Source: a virus | Direction: 5' to 3' (one strand) | Length of the DNA stretch: 64,000 nt | Virus record (IMG/VR): IMGVR_UViG_3300049846_000568 | Span: 32,001-96,000 of that record | Shown here: piece after piece, positions 54,801-62,143 of the stretch | Position numbering within the stretch: the stretch's first letter is position 1 | How the letters are laid out: each line of letters begins with the position of its first letter | The notes under the pieces: generated by a model | The model's input: the letters and a program-made list of their open reading frames with translations, nothing else | What the model was told of the DNA's origin: nothing | Databases searched by the model: none | Program-made: the position numbers and the translations under genes

Positions 54801-56897
54801 GGAAGAAGCCGTTTCCTTGCTCTCCATTGAAATCGACACCGGGTGGAATGCAGAGATAAGGGGGGTAGAACCACCATCAATCGTAATTGGTGTGGCGCCG
54901 TCTGCGTATTCTAGCAGGGATGTTGTATCGCCACTAAACCAAGCGGTGTAGGTATCGCTCGATGGCATATACGCATAGTATGGCGAGCCGCCGTTGTAGT
55001 GCCAGTTGCCATTATAGATCTTGCAGCTTGTGATGTCCGCCCAAGTAAAACTATAGCTTGAGCTTACCGTATGTTCGCCACCGGTAGAGTCAACCCAAAT
55101 CATCCCAGGGACACTCTGTCCGTCCTGAGTCATGAAGAAGTGCTCAACTACGCTATTTGTAGTAGGTGTTGCGGACTGCTCACCGTTATTTGTTGTGAGC
55201 GAGAAAATGTGACGAAGAGTTCCCTTGCCAGTAACAGCAAGCTCGATGGTAAAGTATGCGGTTGTATCCGGGTTCTCGTACTTAGTGTAAGGTACTTCAC
55301 CCCAAATATTAACGTCAAAGGTGATCTTACGAAACTCGTCGCGTGTCTGCTTCCTGCGACCACGCAGCTTTACGTGTCCCGTAAACTCTCTAGCACCTGT
55401 TACCTCATCTGGGCGATAGACATATAGATCGTTACCGTCACCAATACCAGACTGCGTATCATCATCATCAAGTGGAGTAGCATCATATCTGCGCGCTAGT
55501 TCGGAATAACCTTCGCCTTCCTGTCCACCAGCATCCCATGTAATGTTGCCCCAAACAAAGTTGCCCCACGTACTTGGATACTCTTTGGCCAAGGATTGAA
55601 TTAAGTTGATGAACTTCTGTGTCGGCACGCCGTCAAGGCCAACAAAGTCTGTATGATTCTCCAGGTCATCAATCTCATACACCTCAGGAGTTGCCCCTGG
55701 GAAGTAAGAATCCGGTGTGGAGTCTACAGGATCCTGGAAGTACTGCCACAAACTAAGCTCTCGCCTAAGGGCCAACTTGAACGCCTCTACACCAACACCT
55801 GGCTTGTTGATAAACACATCAAGAATACGACCCTTGAAGTATTCGTTTGTCTCAAGATGGAGTCTACTAAGGTCTACCTTTAGGCCAAACTCGTCAAACC
55901 AGTTCCAGATATGGTGTGGCGATGCAGTATAGGCACTGTAGTTGATGAGGATTTCATCATAGTTCTTGTTGAGGAAGATGACGTCCTCAACATCGTCATG
56001 CCAAAAACCATATTCGTCATCTGTAAGATCGTAGAAGTCTTCCAAATTAGAACAACGAGACAGTTCAACACCATCACCACTAATCTGGTAAACGGCATTT
56101 GGCACGTCTGCAATGATGTAGATCCAAGCCTTCTGGTTTACGTCTGCCGTGTTGATAAACTGCTGAGCGTAGACGTAAGCTATATCATCTCGAAGGTCAT
56201 CTAACCACTCGCCAGCAACTGCACTAAGCAGCATGCCGGATAGCGAGGTTGGGGTGGCCAGTTCAGGTGTTGCGGGATCTTCGTTCTCAATCTCGCGAAC
56301 GGCCATCCACTCAGGAAACTTGTTCTGAATATCACGAACAGACTTGTAGGAAGGCTTGCCCTGAAGCGGTTCGCCAATCCTGACCCTAATGATAAGTTCG
56401 ACATCCGCTGACGAAAAGTCCTGATCACTACTAAGGCGAAGAACTACCCTACCATAACGATATGAGGATACCTCACCAATGTAATCAAGGTTTGTAACGC
56501 CAGCCTTAAATGCCCACTCATCGGGAAACTGCGCCGTAGCATCATCTATCGTATACAGGTCAAGAGCGCAGTTAACATCCGCTACACCGTTCAGTGTGGA
56601 AAAAGTAATGTCATAGTCTACAACATCAATACGACCAGATTGGTCAATAAACCTGTCATTGTCGATGATACCAATCTCTGTCTCTGTGGCGGAGAGCTGG
56701 TCATAGCCGACATATGTGTTATTACCTAAGCTGTCAAGACCGTAATTAGACTTAATTGTAGAGTAGTTGCGGTAAGATGGCGTCGCCATCTCGGATGCGG
56801 CACTCTGGTTATCGTAGAAATCGATGATACCAGAAGTCCAAGTGTTATCACTTTTTGTAAAGTCTTCTGTAACAAGTCTTAGGTAATAGGTCTTCAA
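51861..56897 (-). CDS. large baseplate/tail protein (1678 aa) with Ig-like and lectin-like domains and 17 ATP tripeptides
   Basis: DEFGLKVDLSRLHLETNEYFKGRILDV wedge-like motif; IIADGQD..D.HGNP and IPADG..D.S.TPVP Big_1-like repeats. Confidence 0.8.
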   Translation of the reverse strand: MKTYYLRLVTEDFTKSDNTWTSGIIDFYDNQSAASEMATPSYRNYSTIKSNYGLDSLGNNTYVGYDQLSATETEIGIIDNDRFIDQSGRIDVVDYDITFSTLNGVADVNCALDLYTIDDATAQFPDEWAFKAGVTNLDYIGEVSSYRYGRVVLRLSSDQDFSSADVELIIRVRIGEPLQGKPSYKSVRDIQNKFPEWMAVREIENEDPATPELATPTSLSGMLLSAVAGEWLDDLRDDIAYVYAQQFINTADVNQKAWIYIIADVPNAVYQISGDGVELSRCSNLEDFYDLTDDEYGFWHDDVEDVIFLNKNYDEILINYSAYTASPHHIWNWFDEFGLKVDLSRLHLETNEYFKGRILDVFINKPGVGVEAFKLALRRELSLWQYFQDPVDSTPDSYFPGATPEVYEIDDLENHTDFVGLDGVPTQKFINLIQSLAKEYPSTWGNFVWGNITWDAGGQEGEGYSELARRYDATPLDDDDTQSGIGDGNDLYVYRPDEVTGAREFTGHVKLRGRRKQTRDEFRKITFDVNIWGEVPYTKYENPDTTAYFTIELAVTGKGTLRHIFSLTTNNGEQSATPTTNSVVEHFFMTQDGQSVPGMIWVDSTGGEHTVSSSYSFTWADITSCKIYNGNWHYNGGSPYYAYMPSSDTYTAWFSGDTTSLLEYADGATPITIDGGSTPLISAFHPVSISMESKETASSTDTWVSDKHRYTVSINGALPDQGLQSFTIPVPAIIWHPYETGLRTYKVQIVTTDADDNNSYGGYTTDVDGSGLFIPAEYVRCNGSSTWTNGQKTFTADTAEFVFEAVDENATPVGALYPVANCPYWELFEYDCLNTFSGVVDENGPWRNGIAPQPGNSNYNLETMTVSRDDFGIPNTEDYVVTWIGVESIDNGRVIVWLDSNTVQPSFDDGTAVTYPANAVDETLDGGVYSYGPFVVRARLNPNIPEQWYPQVHSGWFYDRNDEYYFYATPSEETATITSDAKILSRVARQGAPIIVKTNELTPREYRQVAFWDEATPGFTQYTTQTVYGTGSTVLYAAYEDIYDISVTNLNTGETVAAATFTETNAITTSDNTNVDHEYELTYKVSRSFYADHEYVDVDNQNKTRLVFDQELPAEVSINYEISKFDPATPVQLPLSTFYTVLDEGFIYISHNEYDLDKVEVRISPSSIIADGQDYLIVTLLSLDIHGNPKPNATFNLGTTFGTLDYTTVTTNDDGFAVVKLLSASTNTDLSGMVTVSGDASATVNYHITPKATPTYTLAAVPNVQQIPADGNSSVELYGRVEDDSHTPVPYAVVYWRKGRYMKDVWTTQYETAAASPGWDNEAGRVVADENGVFNVGPFMAATPWSPGYWMVALESETASPNMSYHSPVLIDTFTDINNKDLQNHNAELGGPWSGFGPSIFRVYNNKVETFPASGGGQAFATCEADGSVESTWTFSGGTVGGSGDLMYVRYLNSNQYLGIGVASGYGANWQVFEVDGGGPVVFNDTGVPYADGDTVRAVFEGTSIEWYINGVLVDSWTVQAGNVSASDHGFAITDDGITIDNVRAYGSIDGYGATPGGWNDPATPDWSLTGDVVFWVEYIDSIHGVENLNGLPRNAVQFSERTETIPDLAPNGTYAWPTFYDEATPLAPATPVTWEVNPSDWYAVDRYRQYQLGALGPLRTPTSVNDLTEARPDYREF

Positions 56898-56907
56898 CTT
56901 CTACCCT

Positions 56908-58095
56908 TTAGTTGTCTAAGTAGATCGTGTGCTCCGAAGTTACTCCGTGAACTGGATGGACGAACTGCAAGTGCTGAGATGGTCTGCCCATAACGGCAAG
57001 GGTCTCTTGCGCATAAGTGTTGTAACTTTCGGGCGACCCACTGATCCTGAGGATTGAGCTACCAAGAGTCATCTTGCAGTTCTGGTGATAATGCCCCATG
57101 AATACGTCACCGAAAGGTTCGGGCACTGCGCCATCCTTCCAACCCATTACCTTCTTGTAGTAGGTGTGGCTAGACGTAGGAGGAGGTAGCTGGTCTCCGT
57201 GTATTAGTAACGTGCCATACTCGCCAATGGTATCAACAGCGTAGAAATTGCTTTCGCCATGACCATCTGGGATATCAAAGGTTACTCTTGGCTCATTTGC
57301 AAACATGTGCTCCACAATCTTGTAGAGCAGTCTGTCCATATTTGTCTCAGAGTTGTACTCTCTCCTACTGCGGCCACCAATTGATCCATGGTTGCCAATT
57401 ACGCCAACAAAGTGAACGTGCTCAAACTCCTGTAGAAGTCTGAGAATCATGTCTCGGATAATCTCCGGACCATTTACACCCACCTGCTTATACAGGCTTG
57501 AATCGATTAGGTGTGACTGACCAGAGAAGATATCCTCACCCTCAACAATGTCACCAATAAACCAAAGGTGGATATCTCTTACGGGATGATCTGCCCTCTG
57601 AACATTTGTTACCTCAATAATTCTCTCTGTATACTTAGCAATTCTCTCGCGGCATACTTCTGAGTTGTAGGTAGGGGTAACCTTGCCTAGCTGCCAGTCA
57701 GCGCAAACGGCTACTGCTGTTTCCTCGTCTCCACCAGAATAGCGAATCTTTGGCGGATCAACCTGAGGCGGGCGGATCTTCTCTACAGCCTCCTTCATAG
57801 CATCGTACACGGCGTCAACAGCGTGATGCTTGATGATCTTGTGCTTGTCTGCCAATCGGGCGAGACGAACTACCTCTTTACGAAGGAAGATGACTTCCTC
57901 TTCAAGATCTAGGTCGTCTAGACTATATGCTGGGGCCACGCTTTTAGCGACAGCTTCAGCAACATCTTGAGTCCAAGCTCTACGCTTCGCTTCATTCTCC
58001 GCGTTTCGCTTACATCTAGGACCGCAATACTTTTGATTGTGTACTACCGGCTCAAAAGTGTTGCTGCAATCTGGTCCAGCGCATTCTCTATCCAT
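56908..58095 (-). CDS. calcineurin-like metallophosphoesterase with N-terminal Zn finger
   Basis: DWQLG, GDIVEG, GNHG, HGD, GHYH; CAGPDC...YCGPRC. Confidence 0.85.
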   Translation of the reverse strand: MDRECAGPDCSNTFEPVVHNQKYCGPRCKRNAENEAKRRAWTQDVAEAVAKSVAPAYSLDDLDLEEEVIFLRKEVVRLARLADKHKIIKHHAVDAVYDAMKEAVEKIRPPQVDPPKIRYSGGDEETAVAVCADWQLGKVTPTYNSEVCRERIAKYTERIIEVTNVQRADHPVRDIHLWFIGDIVEGEDIFSGQSHLIDSSLYKQVGVNGPEIIRDMILRLLQEFEHVHFVGVIGNHGSIGGRSRREYNSETNMDRLLYKIVEHMFANEPRVTFDIPDGHGESNFYAVDTIGEYGTLLIHGDQLPPPTSSHTYYKKVMGWKDGAVPEPFGDVFMGHYHQNCKMTLGSSILRISGSPESYNTYAQETLAVMGRPSQHLQFVHPVHGVTSEHTIYLDN

Positions 58096-58107
58096 AAACC
58101 TTCTTCT

Positions 58108-59247
58108 TTATGAGGCTATCTGTATTGTGATGCTACCAGGGATTACCTGCTCGTCGTCTTTGACTACGTAGTTCCTACGAATTGTCTCAACGCCGCGCGG
58201 TGCGAATCTATTGATACGCACGTCCTGGATAGCGGATGATGTGTCCATGATCGCCTGGATGAGTCTATTATACACCAAAGTATCGCCCGGAAGAAGCGAA
58301 TTGATGTAACGCATCACTGAAACTCTGACCATGTCTGCTAGGTTGTCTTCAACAACCGAAGATCCTAGCACAATCGATACTGAGATATCAACCAGGATCG
58401 TGCTCGGTTCCTTAACAATCATTCGTACGCCAACTGGCCGTACTTGGTCCATCGCAACTTTAGCCGAGGCGTAGACACCCACCGATGAGGTCGGGTTCTC
58501 CGCGATTACAAGAGCTTCAAAGGTTCCCATACCATAAGGAGCCTGGCGAATCTTCACATCGCGTACACCATTGACATTTAGGGCGGCGAACCTAACTGCA
58601 TCTGAAGTTCCGGAACTTGCTACACGGATAGCCTTAACTAGTCGTACTCGGAAGTTTTGATCGCTCTCATATCCAGGCTGTGGAGCAATAGCCTTAGGGT
58701 TTGTACAGTTTACCGTAGTACCTGGAGGAGAGGTAAAGTTATGGGTAGTCAGCGTATTAGCGGCGGCGCTGAACATCCCGTCGCTGAAACTTGGACGAAT
58801 CGAAGCAAAGACCTTTGTACGGCCCGCCTGAATGATCGCCTCGGCCGTTGTATCGAACGCGAGCTGCCTACCAATGAACGAATCTATTCCCGTATATACC
58901 CGAGTTCCTGAAGGAATGACAATATCGGAACCATAAGGCGTATCAATGTAGAAATAAAACGCTCCAAGCTGCGCATTAACGGCAGCCATATCCGATAAAG
59001 TACGGCGTCTAATGCCATAGAGTTCCCCCAAAAGATCTAATGATCTACCTGTAGCGGTAGAAATAACAGACTGAGCAAGGTTGTACTCTAAGGCATCATA
59101 CATGTCGCCCAACTGCTCACTAATGGCCTCGGTAAATGCCCGTGCTACAGAACCTGGACTAGTAGAAGTGATGGGAGTATCCTTCTCAAGCCGCCAAAGG
59201 GCCTCTCTCAAGATCTCTGCTCGTCTCTTTCTAGCATAAATTGCCAT
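58108..59247 (-). CDS. baseplate J-like wedge protein
   Basis: PGSVAR, STATGRSLDLLG..GI.R, IPSGT, ESDQNFRVR, V.GVRDV, RPVG. Confidence 0.9.
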   Translation of the reverse strand: MAIYARKRRAEILREALWRLEKDTPITSTSPGSVARAFTEAISEQLGDMYDALEYNLAQSVISTATGRSLDLLGELYGIRRRTLSDMAAVNAQLGAFYFYIDTPYGSDIVIPSGTRVYTGIDSFIGRQLAFDTTAEAIIQAGRTKVFASIRPSFSDGMFSAAANTLTTHNFTSPPGTTVNCTNPKAIAPQPGYESDQNFRVRLVKAIRVASSGTSDAVRFAALNVNGVRDVKIRQAPYGMGTFEALVIAENPTSSVGVYASAKVAMDQVRPVGVRMIVKEPSTILVDISVSIVLGSSVVEDNLADMVRVSVMRYINSLLPGDTLVYNRLIQAIMDTSSAIQDVRINRFAPRGVETIRRNYVVKDDEQVIPGSITIQIAS

Positions 59248-59627
59248 TACTGAACCCCTAAGTCTTGCTCTACGGATAGGATCAGCTGACTGCGTGATCC
59301 ACTTTCAATGAAGATATCAAATCTAATCGTTTGTGGACCGGTCGGCACTGCGTTGATCCTGATCGGCTTACCAATAAATCGTCCCTCCCTATTGAGAGCC
59401 TCCTCTATCAATGCCGCCCCATACTGTCCTGTAGCCTCTGTTTGGGGCATGCCGAAGAGCTGCGAAAGCTCCGTACCCAGTGTGGGATATAGTACAAAGT
59501 CAGCGGGCTCTGTCTTCACGCGTATATAAGCCTGCTGTGCGTCGTCTCGCCACGGTGATTCCGTTATCGCAATATCGCCAGAAGGGCTCACCTTAATGTC
59601 CCCATCTTCAGAGAAATACCAATCCAT
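59247..59627 (-). CDS. gp25-like baseplate wedge/sheath initiator
   Basis: GDIAI, RVKTEP.D..LYP.LG..L..G, I.EAL; adjacent to baseplate J. Confidence 0.75.
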   Translation of the reverse strand: MDWYFSEDGDIKVSPSGDIAITESPWRDDAQQAYIRVKTEPADFVLYPTLGTELSQLFGMPQTEATGQYGAALIEEALNREGRFIGKPIRINAVPTGPQTIRFDIFIESGSRSQLILSVEQDLGVQ

Positions 59628-59986
59628 TATACCTCTTCCTCCAGGAAGTCATCAAAGCCTCTAAAGATGCCAACGCCCTCTTCGGGGTCGTATTCGTAGA
59701 AAGCAGGCTCAGTAAACTTAGTAGCACGATCGTTGAAGGTTCGCTTGTTCCAAACCAGTCCACCATGATCCTTGGTTAGGAACTTGATCTTATCAGCAAC
59801 AAATGTGATGCTGCGGTTTTGTGGGTGCAGGATGATAGCCAAACCCTCACCAGCTACAATCTCAACGTCACCAGAGTCCGTCAACCTAACAAAAGCGTTT
59901 GTGAACTGATGCGTAATGCCCACCTCCGTGGGACTATACCGCTCATGCTCTGCGATCTTGAATGTAGGTCTTTCAATCCTGTCCAT
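59627..59986 (-). CDS. baseplate-associated protein (possible spike beta-strand portion)
   Basis: Beta-rich FVRLTDSGDVEIVAG..IILHP..SITF; position. Confidence 0.55.
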   Translation of the reverse strand: MDRIERPTFKIAEHERYSPTEVGITHQFTNAFVRLTDSGDVEIVAGEGLAIILHPQNRSITFVADKIKFLTKDHGGLVWNKRTFNDRATKFTEPAFYEYDPEEGVGIFRGFDDFLEEEV

Positions 59987-59994
59987 TACACATC

Positions 59995-60366
59995 CTACAT
60001 ATTGAGGTAAAACTGGGATACGCCGCTTCTTGCATCTGTGTGACGATAGTAGTCTCTCTTCTGGTACAGATGATTAAAGAAGTGCGTGATGACGGGTCGC
60101 GACTCATTCCTTGAGCTTAGAAAAGTGACAAAACAGGGTCTGCCTGGCTCCGGTGCCGCCATTTGTAGCCCCATATATGTCGGGCAGGGGACCTTATCTA
60201 GAATCTGTTGAATACCATCAGAATCTGGGGCAGACAAGATAACAGTGGCGGTATTGTTATTGGGATCATAGGAACTAATGATACCATAACGCGGAACCGG
60301 CGACCCCATATGCCGCTGGGCGGCCTTGTCGTCAATATACTTGTCGAACTTAGGATAGTTTGCCAT
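59995..60366 (-). CDS. baseplate spike OB-fold-like protein
   Basis: GIISSYDPNNNTATV...VPCP...PEPG..C.V.F...P.I. Confidence 0.65.
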   Translation of the reverse strand: MANYPKFDKYIDDKAAQRHMGSPVPRYGIISSYDPNNNTATVILSAPDSDGIQQILDKVPCPTYMGLQMAAPEPGRPCFVTFLSSRNESRPVITHFFNHLYQKRDYYRHTDARSGVSQFYLNM

Positions 60367-60377
60367 CTATATAGTAC

Positions 60378-61241
60378 CTACTTAATCTGTATATGCACGT
60401 GGTTAGGATTGTCTGGAAAGTCGTAGACATTCTTACCGTTTGCTGGCGGTAGTGGAGTGCTTCTGGTTCCTCGCCCAAAGCCAATACTCCAGGATGTGTC
60501 CATCATATCAATAACGGCAGAAACTAGTTTGTTTGCTAGTTCGTCACTGCCATTCGTCTGCTTATGGTCAATGTAATCGATGTCGATACAGAATCCCGCG
60601 CCATGAGATGTTGGACTCTCTGGACGGATAAAGGAACTGATCTGAATTGGGAACTGATCTGCTGCACCAACAACTAATCCGAGAAGGCGAACATCTACTT
60701 CGGTCTTACCCATACTGAGGGGGACTGAACCACCATTAGCGAGTGTTTCGAATTGGCCACGTGGATTACCTGGGTCAAACGTAATGTTGGGATGGGTGAT
60801 AATCTTCTGAGCAAGGTCCTGAACCTTACCAGAAACGAACTTTCCTGTTCCACCTACATACGTTCCGGTAGGTTGGGTAGACGAAGCCGAAGTATATGCT
60901 GTTGATGCGATATTCCCAGCCTTGGATGGATCAGGGTCGGCATAAACGACATCATATGGATTAAGCTTGTCGTCTCGCCTCGTGAACAAGGTTTCCTGCC
61001 CCATTGCCCCGAGCTCCTTGCTGAGCTCCTGATTAAATGCGTCATATGTGGCACCGGTGGGCTTATATAGGGCGACACCCTGGAGAGCATCGGAGATGCT
61101 ATATGTAGTCATGGCTAGAATAGGCTCACTGCTCTGTGATTGTGTGGTCTTCAGTGGAGTTCTACCTCCCTGATTTTCTACCTGCGCTTTTGCAAAAGTC
61201 TTTGCGTCTTTGAAGTCGCCCAAAGAATAATTGAAACCCAT
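60378..61241 (-). CDS. baseplate-associated protein: shared N-domain plus Zn-peptidase (M15/LAS-type)
   Basis: ISSFIRP...SHGAGFCIDI (HxxxxxxD) and NHVHI (HxH). Confidence 0.75.
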   Translation of the reverse strand: MGFNYSLGDFKDAKTFAKAQVENQGGRTPLKTTQSQSSEPILAMTTYSISDALQGVALYKPTGATYDAFNQELSKELGAMGQETLFTRRDDKLNPYDVVYADPDPSKAGNIASTAYTSASSTQPTGTYVGGTGKFVSGKVQDLAQKIITHPNITFDPGNPRGQFETLANGGSVPLSMGKTEVDVRLLGLVVGAADQFPIQISSFIRPESPTSHGAGFCIDIDYIDHKQTNGSDELANKLVSAVIDMMDTSWSIGFGRGTRSTPLPPANGKNVYDFPDNPNHVHIQIK

Positions 61242-62143
61242 TATGAAGTACCCCCTCTAACTTTGTTCACCGCATCTATTGCAGCGGGTAGGTATTTCCG
61301 TACGTCCAAATCTGGTCTGCTACCGTCCGCAGAAGTGCCATCGGGATTGGTTGCCCAAGGTCTTAAGTTTGTGCCGCCTTTAGACAAGAAATACATAGCT
61401 TTGGCGTTAGTCCAAGGATCGGTAAGGTCCCTAGCACGCCATTCTGTCAGATACTGCGGTAGCATGGCGCCATCAATGACATTGAACTGCCAAAGACCCC
61501 AAGAATTATCCCCTGTTGAGGCATTACCATTATGCGCTTGAGAGTTACCTGAGGACTCACGCTGAGAAATCGCAACAAACAAGGCAGCTCTGTTCGGATC
61601 AGTAATGCCAACGGACAAAACCAGATCAGCTCTCTGCTCCATTGTTAGTTGACCGGCTGGCCAGGACTTGCCAGGTGGCGGAGTAAAGACCTCTGTGCCG
61701 GGACCGGGATTCGGGTTAATGCTAGTACCGGCGCCACCCCCCTCAACTGATGGAGCTGCAGGACCACTTGATCCGGGTGGCATTGAGGAGCTTCCATCCT
61801 GTAGGGTGATGCTGCCAAGCGTAGATGGATCTGGATCTCTCACGAAAACATCATAAGGAGTAAGCTTGTTGTCTCTAAGTTCCCACCGAGCCTCAAGCCC
61901 CATATCACCAAGTTCCTTACTTAACTCCTGATTAAACGCGTCATAGGTTACGGCGGGATGCTTGTAAAGAGCCATGCCCTGCATGGCATCAGAGATGCCA
62001 TAGGTGGTCATAGCCAAGACTGGCTCATCACTCTTAGATTGGGTGGTGTGGAGACCTTTCATGACCCCCTGTTGTTCGACCTGGGCCTTAACAAAGGTTT
62101 TGCTGTCTTTTATGTCTCCAAACTTGAAATTTACGTCGCCCAT
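61241..62143 (-). CDS. baseplate-associated protein: shared N-domain plus lysozyme-like/lytic transglycosylase
   Basis: AISQRESSGN..AHN...SWGLWQFN...DPWTNAKA...PW. Confidence 0.85.
   Translation of the reverse strand: MGDVNFKFGDIKDSKTFVKAQVEQQGVMKGLHTTQSKSDEPVLAMTTYGISDAMQGMALYKHPAVTYDAFNQELSKELGDMGLEARWELRDNKLTPYDVFVRDPDPSTLGSITLQDGSSSMPPGSSGPAAPSVEGGGAGTSINPNPGPGTEVFTPPPGKSWPAGQLTMEQRADLVLSVGITDPNRAALFVAISQRESSGNSQAHNGNASTGDNSWGLWQFNVIDGAMLPQYLTEWRARDLTDPWTNAKAMYFLSKGGTNLRPWATNPDGTSADGSRPDLDVRKYLPAAIDAVNKVRGGTS

Noticed and set aside
60900-62143. DGR template/variable repeat pair
   Set aside because: Similarity is between two coding N-termini with mixed substitutions, not adenine-specific; no reverse transcriptase in the window
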